A stretch of 64,000 bases of DNA from Eremomyces bilateralis CBS 781.70 (taxonomy: Eukaryota): assembly GCA_010015585.1 (NCBI GenBank), contig ML975154.1; one strand, 5' to 3'. How positions within the stretch are numbered: position 1 is the stretch's first letter; each line of letters begins with the position of its first letter. Below are positions 13,323 to 25,754 of this stretch, one piece after another. The notes beneath the pieces were generated by a model. That model was given only the letters and a program-made list of their open reading frames with translations, searched no databases and was not told the DNA's origin. Position numbers and translations under genes: made by a program.

Positions 13323-15221
13323 TCACTCATCGCTCAAGTCCGCATCCATCATCAAGCTCCCGTCCATATCCTCCACCACCACCTCCTTCATCTTCGCCCG
13401 CCCCTTCCTCCCCACTCTCGCCCCCCGCCGATTCCCCTCCATCTTCCGATCGAATTCCTCCTCCTCGCTCTCCTCCATAATCCCCTCTTCCCCATTCAAC
13501 TCCAGCGCCCGCTTCAGCAGATCCCCCGCAATCGGGTCCTGAGGACTGACCGCCAGCGCCTCGTGCAGCACCACCACCGCATCCCACGCCCGCTCCATCT
13601 CCATCAACACGAGCCCCTTCGCCGTGAAGATCGGCGCCCCCTCCTCCTTCCCCCCCTGACGGAGCACCTCGTCGAATTGCTCGAGCGCTTCAGGCAACCG
13701 ACCCGCCCGTCGGAGTGCGTGCCCCAGGTTCGCGCGGGTGGCGATCCAGGCGCGCGGCTCGGAGTGGATGTCGGAGGCGACGCGGAGGGCTTGCACGAAG
13801 ACTTTGATAGCGTCTTCGAGGTGATCTTCGTGGTAGAAGACGACGCCGAGCTCGTTGAGGAGGAGGGGGTCGGTGCGGCAGAGGCCGTATGCGGAGTTGA
13901 GGTACTCGTGGGCGAGGGCGAGGTTGTTGAGTTGGAGATTCTGCATGCCGAGGAAGAGAGGGGGGAGATGTGTGCCTTGGAAGAGCCGGGCCGCGGTGGA
14001 GTAGGCGGAAATCGCTTGATCGTGCTCCCCTTCTGCAGCGAAGGTGTGCGCAAATCCGATCCAGGCCGGCCCGAAATGCGGATCCATCATGCTGGACTTG
14101 CTGAAGAACCGCCGCGCTTCGGCCACACGGCGGATGGTGAGATAGTAGACGCCGATGGCTAGCCAGGAGGCGGGCTCTTCCGGATGGTTGTCGGCGAGGT
14201 CGTGGGATATTAAGAACAATGCATTCTTCTCGTTGAGTTCGTGTAGACAGGCGAGGTGTACAGGTAATGCTGCGAAGTTGTAACGATCGTTGGAGAGGAT
14301 CGCTTCGGTCAGGGTCAAGGAGTCGCGGAAACGACATTGGGTGAAGAGGAGGTCGGCTTTGGCGAGGAGGATGTCAGGGTTATCCGATAGTTTGTAATGT
14401 GTCGAGAGTGTTTCGGTGGCGAGGGTGAAGTTTTCGGGGTGCTCGTATTTGGATAACCGGGTCATATATAGCATTTTCGTGAATTCAGCGGCTTCCTGTG
14501 CTGAGGATGAGCTGTCGTTGACCGTGATGGAGTCGAAGTCGAGGGACTCTAAGAATTTCCATTCCTCTTCCGGGGACATAAGCGAATTCTTCATAAGCTG
14601 ATCGAATGCTTCGAAGCATTGCACGTCGATCTGCACGGCATCTTTATAGCATTCCTTTGCCCGGTCGAAAGCATTCTGCTTCGCGTAGCAGACCCCTCGA
14701 AGATAGCACATTGCGGCCTCGAACTTGATGTTCGACGAATCCTCGTGGTCCCGCTCATCGCTCCGGTCTATACGGTCCGATCGGACCGCCCCTTTCCCAT
14801 TTCGCAATTTGCCATGTACCAAGGCATCGATATGCTGGCGTTTTCTTCTTGCGCTGCCAGGGGCGGATATGAGGTGGACGGGGTTTTTGTCCCCAAGAAC
14901 CACCAAGGCTTCCTCGAACTTCGATTGCTTGATCAAGCAGTGTGCAGCGAGGTATCGACATGAGGAATTGCTCTTGATCAGGTCGTTTTTGGCAAGAAAA
15001 CTTAAGGCTCTTGAGTAGTTGCCGGTCGAAAAATGTACTTGTGCAAGCCAGAAGGCATCTTTGTCATTGTCTAGCAGAATTTTCAGTTTTCCGACCGGTC
15101 AAGGGCCAAATGGGAAGTACGAACTTGTGAGAGCTAACAACTTATCTCCGATGAAGATAGCAGACTCATATTGGTGCTTGTTCAAGGCATCCTGTCTCCA
15201 TTCCCTCAGGAACTTTTCCAT
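13323..15221 (-). CDS. CDC16: Anaphase-promoting complex subunit Cdc16/Cut9 (Apc6), TPR protein
   Basis: Start MEKFLREWRQDALNKHQYESAIFIGDK at 15221, short intron near 15124-15071. AWIGFAHTFAAEGEHDQAISAYSTA and EARRFFSK are Apc6 hallmarks. Confidence 0.93.
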
Positions 15222-15749
15222 GTCGGATATCTGGATGCAACGCGCTTGCAGAGGGGATCTGATAAGTTGAAAAGGCACATAAAGTTAACACATACAAGAT
15301 ACCGGTACGATGTATCCATGAAGACAGCGTGAAATCATATTCCAAGCAATAGCGACAGAGCACAAACAATCAGCGCCGAAGGCGCAACCACATGGGAGAG
15401 AGCATCTGCGGGTTTGGATGTTTATCATGTCCATGACAGGAGTCAGGAAAAGCCAAACATATCGAAGAGATCGCGGGGCACACGAGTCAGACACATTGCA
15501 CGTGATTTGTAGCAGTAGTTTGTCCACGTGATCCCAGATCCCTTTAATTCGGGGGAATCCACCGTCCAAACTCCAAACTCCAAACTCCAATCAGATGGCT
15601 GTCAGTGTCGATAAACTGCAGATTTGGTGCATACAGTTCGCCACAGCCCCTCTATCATCAACTCAAGGGAAGGCGGAACCTCAATATCAACTTTATCTTC
15701 GATTCCTGTTACACACCATCCTCCTAATCGTCACCCAGAATAATCCAAA

Positions 15750-16658
15750 ATGTCTGAACGAAAAGTCACCTCCAAATACTATCCCCCCGACTTCGACCCT
15801 AGCAAACTCGGTCGAGTCCGCCAACGTGGTCCCAAAGGCCCCAAGCGCATCCCCGTCCGCCTCATGGCGCCCTTCAGCATGAAATGCACGCGGTGCTCCG
15901 AATACATCTACAAAGGCCGCAAGTTCAACGCGCAGAAAGAGACGACCGACGAGAAATATTACTCCATCCCCATCTACCGCTTCTACATCCGCTGCACGCG
16001 GTGCAGCTCGGAGATCACCTTCAAGACCGACCCGAAGAACATGGACTACGAGTGCGAGCAGGGGGCGCGGCGGAACTTCGAGCCGTGGCGCGAGGGGAAG
16101 TTAGCAGAGGAGACGGAGGAGGAGACGTTGGATCGGCTGGAGAGGGAGGAGGCGGAGCGGGATCCGATGAAGGAGCTGGAGGGAAAGCAGGTGGATGCGA
16201 AGACAGAGATGGCGATTGCGGATGCGTTGGATGAGATTCGGATGCGGAATGCGAGGATCGAGCGGGAGGGGCAGGGGGGCACGGAGGCGGTGCAGGTAGT
16301 GAGGGAGCAGTTGGATGAGGAGAAGAAGAGGCAGGAGATGGAGGATGAGGAGGCGGCGAGGAGGGCGTTTGCCAGAGCGGGGAAGACGGACGAGAATTGG
16401 GATGGGGGGGGAATTCTTGTGGATGCGATGGATATGATGGATGCGATCGTGGAGGAGGTGGATGGAGTGGGCGACGCGGTTTCAGAAGCACCGGCGCAAG
16501 AGGAGAAACCGATCGTGGAGGTGGTCAAGCCGAAACCTCCTGTCCCGGAGTTCAAGCGTATCATCAAGAAGAAGCAGAAACCACTCCTCGCAGGCATCAA
16601 AGGAAAACAAGTGGCGAATCCTTTGGGGATTGTGGGCGGCGACTCAGACAGTGATTAG
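15750..16658 (+). CDS. YJU2: Splicing factor YJU2/Cwf16 (CCDC94 family)
   Basis: MSERKVTSKYYPPDFDP, RLMAPFSMKCTRC...GRKFNA, CTRCSSEITFKTDPKNMDY. Confidence 0.93.
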   Translation: MSERKVTSKYYPPDFDPSKLGRVRQRGPKGPKRIPVRLMAPFSMKCTRCSEYIYKGRKFNAQKETTDEKYYSIPIYRFYIRCTRCSSEITFKTDPKNMDYECEQGARRNFEPWREGKLAEETEEETLDRLEREEAERDPMKELEGKQVDAKTEMAIADALDEIRMRNARIEREGQGGTEAVQVVREQLDEEKKRQEMEDEEAARRAFARAGKTDENWDGGGILVDAMDMMDAIVEEVDGVGDAVSEAPAQEEKPIVEVVKPKPPVPEFKRIIKKKQKPLLAGIKGKQVANPLGIVGGDSDSD

Positions 16659-16800
16659 CGGAGGCTCATCACTTGTTACATTTATATTTACAGCAACGGC
16701 GTTGGGGGTATATTGAAACGCGGGTGGCAACCGTCCGCATTGAGGAATATATTTGTCTAATAGTACAAGCGAAGCGCAAGCGACCGCTCCAAGGAACGGT

Positions 16801-18363
16801 TCACAGCAGCCCCTGCTTTTGCAGATCGTAATACACTTTCTCCGGCATCACATTGCCCTCCGCATCCTCCATCTGCACCACATTCTCCGTGGACGACTTC
16901 TCCTTCTTCTTGTCCTTCTGGATCTTATCCCACAGGTTGATCGCGTCCTGGATCCGCGTGATTTCGCGGAAGAGCGTCGTGTTTGTGATGCCCAGGCACT
17001 TCAACCCATGGATATGCCGCGCCTCGCTGAAATGCTTATCGAATGCTCGTCGTCCCATGTACACGAAGTTCCCGCAGATCTCGCACGGGAACTCGACCCC
17101 TAAGCCATGCAGCTTGTATAGCCAATACGGGATCGGCTTGCCATCCCACGCCAGCGGCAGCTTCAACGGATTGTAAATCTTCTCCTCGTCGTCCGACTCC
17201 TCCCCCTCGTCTCTCGTTCCGCCCAGCACCTCCGATTGCTCCGCGAACAGGGCCGCGAGTTCCTGCTGCCGCTCCTTCTCCGTCATGCCCTGCTTCCGCT
17301 CCACGTTGCTGCGGGTATCGTGCCGGATCGTCTGCATCGCGTTCGCGAACTTCTGCACCCGGAATTCCCGCTCCGCCACGGCACGCTCTTTCAGTCGTTG
17401 GATTGAGGCCGTCGCCTTGTCGGTTCCGGGGGCGTCGCTTGTTCTAGTGCCGCCGCGCTGCTTCTTGGCCTCCGCGGCGCGAATGTGCTTTTTCCCGTTT
17501 AAATGCGCTTTGTACGTGTTCTCGTTGCCGAACTCTTTCTCGCAGTCGTCGCAATAGACGGCCTCGGACGGGCTCGTCGCGGGTTTTGACGGCTGTGCAG
17601 CCTTTGCGCCCCAGCCTTCGATTTCGTTGCTGGCCCAGGCTTTCTCGAACTCTTCGTCGAACTGCGTAAGGAGCTTGTCGGTGTCTTCCAGCGGCCGTAT
17701 CCGTCGCATGAACCCCTCCAAATACTCCGCCAGCGCCGTGATGTATTGGAAATACGGCTCCTTCATCTTGTCCGGCGGCTTGACGGTGCACTCGGGTGGT
17801 GTGAACTTGTCGAATATGTCGAGATATTGGGGGTATGTGACTCGCTTTCCTCCTTTTACTCCCGGCAGGTTGAGGTAGTCCTCGTGTAGCACCGTCAGGT
17901 CAAAGAACCTTCCGTACGTCTCCTCGCCCGTGAATATCGCGTCGATGTCCACGCCCCCGGATGGTCCATTTTCCCCCGGGCCGCGGTTCTGGTACGCCTT
18001 CTCGAGATTCTCGACCGGTTCATTGGGATATTTCCGGTGGTGCGCTTTGATGTCTTTCAGGTTAGAGTAGAAGGTTTCGAACTGGTCGCTGGTGGAAAGG
18101 GTCTGGATTTCCCGAGCGCGCGACTTGTCCGCATCTTTGTAGATGTCGAGCAATCTTTGCGACTGCTCTTCGATCCGTTGGAGGAAGCCTGCGATCTGGT
18201 GGTCTCGGTGTAACCGGTCGCGAATCTGCGTTCTGTTAGCGTCTGGCGCAAAAGTATAGTCATGAACGCGTACGTTAGTGGGATCGTCAATGATGCGGTC
18301 GGCGATGGCTTGTTCCAACCGCTCGATATCCTCATGGATTATCCTTTGGTCTTCGATAATCAT
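16801..18363 (-). CDS. PRP9: U2 snRNP splicing factor SF3a60 (Prp9/Sap61)
   Basis: HEDIERLEQAI, YNPLKLPLAWDGKPIPYWLYKLHGL, CEICGN zinc finger, YYDLQKQGLL. Likely 48-nt in-frame intron 18273-18226. Confidence 0.94.
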   Translation of the reverse strand: MIIEDQRIIHEDIERLEQAIADRIIDDPTNVRVHDYTFAPDANRTQIRDRLHRDHQIAGFLQRIEEQSQRLLDIYKDADKSRAREIQTLSTSDQFETFYSNLKDIKAHHRKYPNEPVENLEKAYQNRGPGENGPSGGVDIDAIFTGEETYGRFFDLTVLHEDYLNLPGVKGGKRVTYPQYLDIFDKFTPPECTVKPPDKMKEPYFQYITALAEYLEGFMRRIRPLEDTDKLLTQFDEEFEKAWASNEIEGWGAKAAQPSKPATSPSEAVYCDDCEKEFGNENTYKAHLNGKKHIRAAEAKKQRGGTRTSDAPGTDKATASIQRLKERAVAEREFRVQKFANAMQTIRHDTRSNVERKQGMTEKERQQELAALFAEQSEVLGGTRDEGEESDDEEKIYNPLKLPLAWDGKPIPYWLYKLHGLGVEFPCEICGNFVYMGRRAFDKHFSEARHIHGLKCLGITNTTLFREITRIQDAINLWDKIQKDKKKEKSSTENVVQMEDAEGNVMPEKVYYDLQKQGLL

Positions 18364-18689
18364 GGTTGAGATGCGTTTAATGTGATAACTGGGAGTGCAA
18401 GGTAAGGATGTATGAGAGAGATTTGAGGTATCAATCGAAGTAGGTATTACTGTAGGTATCAGACTGGATGATCGATGTGAAGTCCATAAATTCTCAGCCT
18501 TGTCGCCTCACGATCTTTTGCGCACGGACCATCCAAATGTTCGAAGTTCGAGATATCCATCCTGAGTTGCTTCTCCATCTCACAATCTCAACTTCTACTC
18601 AACAGTCAATCATCCGATCGCCGTCTTCAAGGATTCCTTGAACCCCCTACAAATCACTTCTATCGACTTGGACAGACTCAATCTTCAAT

Positions 18690-20093
18690 ATGGCGGAAGG
18701 CATCGATCGAAGAGCCGATGGTGAGTAGCTCCACTCACTTGCATATTCGCCTCTAACAGAAGCAATGCAGAGCGGATGGAGTTTAACACCTCCAAGGAGG
18801 TGACAGTCGCACCGACCTTTGAGGCTATGCACCTCAAAGAAAACCTCCTTCGCGGCGTCTACGCTTATGGATATGAATCCCCCTCCGCGGTCCAGTCTCG
18901 TGCCATCGTTCAGATATGCAAAGGTCGCGATACCATTGCTCAAGCGCAGTCCGGCACGGGTAAGACGGCGACGTTTTCGGTCAGCATCCTCCAGGTTATT
19001 GATACAGCGGTGAGAGAGACACAGGGTGAGTACTGAAGACCATCGAATGCGCAAGCCTTGCTGATCCAGTCGCTAGCTCTCGTTCTCTCCCCCACCCGCG
19101 AACTTGCGACGCAAATCCAGTCGGTTATCATGGCTCTTGGTGACTACATGAATGTGCAATGCCATGCCTGTATTGGCGGCACAAACGTCGGTGAGGATAT
19201 CCGCAAGCTGGACCATGGTCAGCACGTAGTGTCTGGAACGCCCGGTCGTGTCGCCGACATGATTCGCCGTCGCAACCTTCGCACACGCCATATCAAGATG
19301 CTAGTCCTTGACGAAGCCGACGAGCTCCTAAACCGAGGATTCAGGGAGCAGATCTACGATGTCTACCGATATCTTCCACCTGCGACACAGGTTGTGGTCG
19401 TCTCTGCCACCCTCCCATACGACGTGCTCGACATGACCACCAAGTTCATGACCGACCCGGTGCGCATCCTGGTGAAGCGTGACGAGCTTACCTTGGAAGG
19501 CCTCAAGCAATATTTCATCGCCATCGAGAAGGAGGAATGGAAGTTCGACACGCTGTGCGACCTTTACGATACCCTCACGATTACCCAAGCAGTCATCTTC
19601 TGCAATACACGCCGGAAGGTGGACTGGTTGACGGACAAGATGCGCGAAGCGAATTTCACGGTCTCCTCAATGCACGGAGAGATGCCGCAAAAGGAACGTG
19701 ATAGTATCATGCAAGATTTCCGTCAAGGCAACTCCCGTGTGCTCATCTCGACGGATGTCTGGGCAAGGGGCATCGACGTGCAACAAGTTTCTTTGGTTAT
19801 CAACTACGATCTTCCGAGCAATCGTGAGAATTATATTCATCGGATTGGGCGTAGCGGTCGCTTTGGCCGAAAAGGTGTGGCGATTAACTTCGTCACGACC
19901 GAAGACGTTCGGATTCTGCGCGATATTGAGCGTAAGTTGCAGCATGCCTATGTCCGAACTGCTACTGACGGAAACAGTCTACTACTCGACACAGATTGAT
20001 GAAATGCCAATGAATGGTGAGAATCCTCTTCCTGAGTTGTGAAAATGGTCTTCCAGATACTAATGCGAAGCAGTGGCGGACCTCTTGGCTTAG
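18690..20093 (+). CDS. FAL1: DEAD-box RNA helicase eIF4A-III / Fal1 (exon junction complex core)
   Basis: [35 protein letters not shown], plus eIF4A-III-type [17 protein letters not shown] and DVWARGIDV. Four introns. Confidence 0.93.
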
Positions 20094-20805
20094 AAAACCT
20101 TGGCGGACACAATATCAATTCGACATGAGAACTAAGTCAAGAAAAGGCGCACTTTGGAATGGCATAAGGCGTTTCGGATAAGAAGGTAGTTCCGTGGGCA
20201 GAAATGGAAGTGGAGGATGGGCATGGATATAACCAAGAGTTCGTGATATGGAGATCAATTTCCCGGACGTTACTGACGTGGTCTCAGATGCAATTTCATC
20301 GAATCCAACCATGATTTTATATGAAGCAGACCCCGATTGCGCCTCTGAACTTGAGATATAGGGCCATGTATGGAGATCTCCATGGCGATCATTGGGGGGT
20401 GTCCTGAAGTCGTCCTCGACAGTTCTCGGCGATCCAGGAGTGTCATTGAGCTTTTGAACAAAGTACTCCTCCCATGTACCATGAGCCGAGCCAACAGACA
20501 TCAAGCAAGGCATCAGCCGACACGGGATTCGAGTCCTCTCCATAGCGGGGGCGACAACGGCATTTCAACAGTCTGGAACGGTCATCCCAGACCTTCGCTG
20601 CAAATGTTTTGCCACCTAAAAGGAGAAATGCGAGGGAATCTTGTTGATGAATTCAAAAGATTCTTCACGCAGACTTAGTTCCACGATTACGAGGCCAAGT
20701 GAGGATTAGTCAATAGTCCATTGCTATAATGCAGTCTAGTCACTGTCTATATACCAAAGTCCGGCACAAGGCTGCAAGATCTTGCGTAGATATGCGCAGG
20801 AATAT

Positions 20806-22197
20806 CTATATCTTACTATCCCCACTAACGAATCCGTTAGCCACAGCTGTCAACAACTGATTAGCAATCGCGGTGCTCGGCGGTAACCTCAGCCCCCCTT
20901 CCTTGTACTCCGCACCAGCCGCATCCCCCAAACCACTCGTGCCAACCCTCAACGCCGTCCTCACTTCCTCCATCGTAAACCATTTCGCATCCTCCAACTC
21001 CGCATCATGTCCCAGGTGCACCTTCTCCCCGTCCCCGGCGATCGCCTGCCCGATCGCCCCGATCATCAGGTTCGCCGGATACGGCCACGGCTGCGTCGAA
21101 TGGATCACCACCCGCCCGAGCGTAATGCCACTCTCCTCCCACACCTCGCGCCGCACCGCCTCCTCAACCGACTCCGCCGGCTCCAAGAACCCAGCCAGTG
21201 TGCTATACCAAAACGCCGGCCACCGCTTCTGCCGGCCCATCAGCACGCGATGCCCGTCCGCCGACACGACGGCCATGATGACGGTGGGGTCGGTCCGCGG
21301 GAACGAGACGTTGGAGAGGCTCGTCCGCGTCGCACAGTCGGGTCGCTTGGAGGGGGTCTCCGAGGTGGTGCTGCCGACGACGCCGCCGACGCGCGCGAGG
21401 TCTGTAGGCGGACAGCTGCGTTTCCAGCCGGCGTTAATGGAAAGGGTGGGTTGGCCGCATTGGGCGCAGAAGGGGTTGCGGGCGTTCCAGTCCATGACAT
21501 GGCGGGCTTCGGCGTAGATGGCGGCTAGAAGGGGTCAGGTTTGTTGGTGGCCGACGATGGGTGCCAAGTGGGGGAGGATAGGAGGCTTACCTTCGTGGGC
21601 GGGGAACGACATTTGAACGCGATCCTTGGGGAAGCTGTATCCCTTGCCCTCGAACTCCTGGACCAACTTCTCCGCGGCATCTTTTAACGTCGATTTCGGC
21701 GTGATGTCGATCGCGAATACCGGCGCGCCCTTGTAGCCGCCCTTATGATCGATCCCGTCCTCTCTCCGGGGATCCAACCCTAGGAAGACGACTTGCGGGA
21801 GATACGTCGTGGAGTTGTATTCCTTCAGCAGCTCGGCCTCGGATTTCACGAACGGGTCACCGCCGAGGATCGCCTTGACGGCGTCGTATTTCACGTACGC
21901 GAGCTCTTTGGGCGCTGTGACGAGGGCGTTGAAGTTGTTCAGGACGAGGAAGGTGGTCGAGGGATGGTTCAGCGCGGTGGAGAGGAAGGCATGGTCGGTT
22001 CGGAGGAAGGAAACTCGGTTGAGGGGCGATCCTGCGGTTTAGTTAGATCTTGTTTGCATAATGAAGAGGGATTTGGAGTTCGTAGTACCTGCGAAATAGT
22101 TCGCGACCTCCTTGCCAAACTTCCGGGACAGCATGGAATCGATGTCGGCGTGGGCGGGTTCAGGGAGACTCGGCTGCTGTTGTGGTGGTTGAGACAT
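20806..22197 (-). CDS. NPY1: NADH pyrophosphatase (Nudix, NudC-like)
   Basis: CAQCG zinc site, FPRTDPTVIM, Nudix box GFLEPAESVEEAVRREVWEESG, TQPWPYPANLMIG, C-terminal SKI. Two introns; an upstream in-frame ATG lies at 22353. Confidence 0.92.
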
Positions 22198-22600
22198 GGT
22201 ATCAGATAGACTTCGAGCCGCCCTTGTAGCGAGATGACGCGCAATTGAAAGTTGAGGCTTACTGTTCGTTCGCACCGATGAGGAAATCCCTAAAGATCGA
22301 AATGCTCGATATGTTGTCGACACGGCGGGGCGGCATAGACATAGAACCAACATAGAGATCAGTCATCACAGCGGACTAGTTGCGGACTTGCGGTTGTCAT
22401 CAACGACTCGGCTAAAAGTTCCACCCCTCTTCGGAAGTCAACAGGTAGAGCTCCCTTGCCATCACCAATGCCATCGTATTGCCATGTCAGCGTTATCGAT
22501 AAGAGTCGTTAGCGCCTTGATACATCATTATTGCTTGCATTGTCGACATTGCTTCTCCTCGTAACGCCAACAATTATCTCTACGATATAGTGCATTCATC

Positions 22601-23544
22601 ATGAGCCGATTTCAGGTACGTCCCCCAAACTCCGCCTGACAAATCCACAGCTAACATTCGTCCAGCTCGACACCCCCTCCAGCCTCTCCGAAAACGGCGA
22701 CGACATCTACGATCCCCCCTACGACTCCGACACCGACGACCTCCCCTACCCTGCCCCCCTCTCCCGCCAACCCTTCCTCGCCTCCCCCTTCTCCCCCTCA
22801 GAATTCCTCTCCTCCCTGCACATCCGCTCGCGACACCAAACGCTCGCCGACCTCGCGACCGAGCTGCGCGCGCGCGTGCGCACGATCCAAACGGAGCTGC
22901 TGGAGCTGGTCAATTCGCACTATGGCGAGTTTTTAAGTTTGGGGGAGGGGCTGAAGGGGGGGGAAGAGAGGGTGGAGGAGGTGAGCGTGGGGTTGATGGG
23001 GTTGCGGAGGGGGTTGGAGGAGACGAGGGGGAAGGTGGGAGGACGGAGGGGTGAGGTGGAGGGGTTGTTGGGGGAGAGGGTGGAGGTGAGGGGGTTGTTG
23101 GGGGTGGGGAGGGGGTTGATGGAGTGGGAGAGGAGGTGTAAGGAGTTGGAGGCCGGGTTGATGATTGATTCCACCGGGAAGGTGGAGGGTGATTCCGACG
23201 ACGACGAGAGCGAGGAGGACGAGGAAGATGGGGATGAGGAAGAGCTGGTGGGTGCGGTGCCTCTATTCCGTCTGCGGAGACATGTGGAGATGTATCTGAG
23301 CCTGGAGCATCTCTCCAAGGAACTTGGCCCCGAGCACCCCTTCTTAACAGCACAGGAAGCACGGGTGATGCAGGTGAAGAATACGATCTTGTTGGATCTG
23401 GGCACGGCACTCAAGCAGGCACGGTCGACGAAGGTGCCAAATATGACGAGAATCATGGCTATTATGGGCCTCTATCGGGATCTTGATGAGGCGAAGGAGG
23501 CGTTGAAGGTCATCAAGAACGACGCGACCCGGAAGGTCGGGTGA
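22601..23544 (+). CDS. COG2: Conserved oligomeric Golgi complex subunit 2-like protein
   Basis: ATG 22601, intron about 22616-22665. LPYPAPLSR, RHQTLADL and ELLELVNSHYGEFLSLG match the COG2 N-terminal pattern. Confidence 0.75.
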
Positions 23545-24237
23545 GCTCGATGATTACGACTCTGACTTGTACTTTACCGTATTCATATAGCATTTGGAAG
23601 CGCGGGAGTTTGGCGAGAGATCAACGACAACTCTCAATGATTCGATATGTTGAAGCCCATCCACCACAGGCGTACTCTGTACCTGCATAATACCGACGAT
23701 CTGATTCCTCCCATCTAGTATCTGATGCTTAGGTATGCATGTAGACCCCTTATCTACCCCCCTAATAATAACTTGCGGTAACGTCACATGTCAGAAATCC
23801 AGGCATCGGACATCCCGCCCCTCCGTCTTGACTCTTGAGTCCACAGGCTTATTGCTAGTACTGTTACGGCATAAGGTCTCCGACATACGGTATCCTCAGT
23901 TTCTCGCCTCCAACCCTTCCATTTGTCCATGTTGGATTCAGCCAATTGGAACTCCGGAAATCACCGAGCGAAACCCGGAATTCTCACGCCGAATCCTCGG
24001 CTACAAGCGGGGGAGATCATCGACAAGGACAAGGGGTCGCCCTAGTTGACTTTCACCTTCAACTGCCATCCCGCACTTCTCCTCCTTTGGGTATGGGCAT
24101 GAGAATCTGACAGTATTTGTGATTTTCCTTCTGACAACTGCTGCTTTGTATTTCAATCGTTGTTAGCCGTTGGAATTCTGTTTCTCCTTCTACTGGTATA
24201 CCTGGAAATCCTTGAAGTAGTGCCCCAACTATACAAG

Positions 24238-25754
24238 ATGGCAAGCGTATCAAGAGCAATGCGGCCATTGACCGCTGCCGCCGCACGAGTCGGAGGACGA
24301 CGGGTCGCGGTGCCACGCCAGAGACTCCGATTGTAGGTTGAATTTCTCTCAATTGACGCGATAGCAACCAATACTTGCTCTCATATCCCACCGCAAACCC
24401 AAACTTACCCCATCCTTCAGCAACACTGCCCGATGCCTCTCCACCACTCGTCCCCTCCACAATGACTCCACCATCGACCTGACCGATCTCCAACCCACGC
24501 CGATCAGCCACTTCTCCGAAATCGAGACCATGATGGCGGACAGCGTCGGCAAATTCGCCCGCGAAGTCATCCTCCCCAAAGTCCGGGACATGGACGAGGC
24601 CGAAACGATGGACCCGACAGTCGTCGAGCAGCTGTTCGAGCAGGGGTTGATGGGTGTCGAGATACCGGAGGAGTATGGCGGAGCCGGTATGAACTTCACG
24701 GCGGCGATCGTGGCGATCGAGGAATTGGCGAGGGTGGACCCGAGTGTCAGTGTCATGTGCGATGTGCATAATACGTTGGTGAACACGGCAGTGTTGAGGT
24801 GGGGAACGGAGGCACAGACGAAGAAGTGGTTGCCGAAGCTGGCGACGGAGACTGTTGGTAAGTGGTGGTTTGCGGACCGGTGCGAGTTGCGATATTGACG
24901 AGAGTCTAGGATCATTCTGCTTGTCCGAGCCAGTGTCCGGATCCGATGCATTCGCCCTTGCCACCAAGGCGGAGAAGACCGCGTCAGGATACAAGATCAA
25001 TGGCAGCAAGATGTGGATAACAAACTCGATGGAAGCCAATTTCTTCATCGTCTTCGCGAATCTGAACCCCTCGGCCGGATACAAGGGCATCACGGCCTTC
25101 ATCTGTGAGAAGGACACCCCCGGATTCAGCGTCGCCAAGAAAGAGAAGAAGCTTGGAATCCGGGCTAGCTCGACCTGCGTGCTCAATTTCGACGATATGG
25201 AAATTCCGAAGGAAAATCTTTTGGGTGAAGAGGGCAAGGGCTACAAGATGGCAATCAGCCTACTCAACGAAGGCCGGATCGGTATCGCTGCGCAAATGAC
25301 CGGTCTTGCATGGGGAGCGTTCGAGAACGCCGCGAGGTAAGGTCACGCCGCCGTTGAACGAGTGCCTAGTAACTAATATATCCTCAGCTACTGCTTCAAC
25401 GACCGCAAACAATTCGGCCAGCTCATCGGCACCTTCCAAGGCATGCAACACCAGATCGCACAATCCTACACCGAGCTCCAAGCCGCGCGGGCCCTCGTGT
25501 ACAACGCCGCCCGCAAAAAGGAAGCCGGCCTGGACTTCGTCCGCGACGCCGCGATGGCGAAGCTGTACGCGTCGCAGGTCGCGGGCAAGCTGTCGTCCAG
25601 CGCGGTCGAATGGATGGGCGGCATGGGGTTCGTACGGGAGGGGCTCGCGGAGAAGTTCTTCCGGGATAGCAAGATTGGGGCGATTTATGAGGGGACGAGC
25701 AATATTCAGTTGACGACGATTGCGAAGATGTTGCAGCAGGAATATACGAAGTGA
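24238..25754 (+). CDS. Short/branched-chain acyl-CoA dehydrogenase, mitochondrial
   Basis: Arg-rich presequence, FCLSEPVSGSDA, NGSKMWITN, KLGIRASSTC, LNEGRIGIAAQ, RDSKIGAIYEGTSNIQL. Introns about 24333-24420, 24858-24909 and 25337-25388. Confidence 0.92.

Noticed and set aside
15566..15590. Short heptamer/hexamer repeats (CCAAACT x3; also 6043-6061 and CACACCT at 45706-45728)
   Set aside because: Ordinary promoter microsatellites; not telomeric or otherwise informative.
24059..25237. 392-aa antisense ORF (also long antisense ORFs at 8954-9778, 25260-25934, 51492-52205)
   Set aside because: Antisense shadows of well-supported, codon-biased genes.
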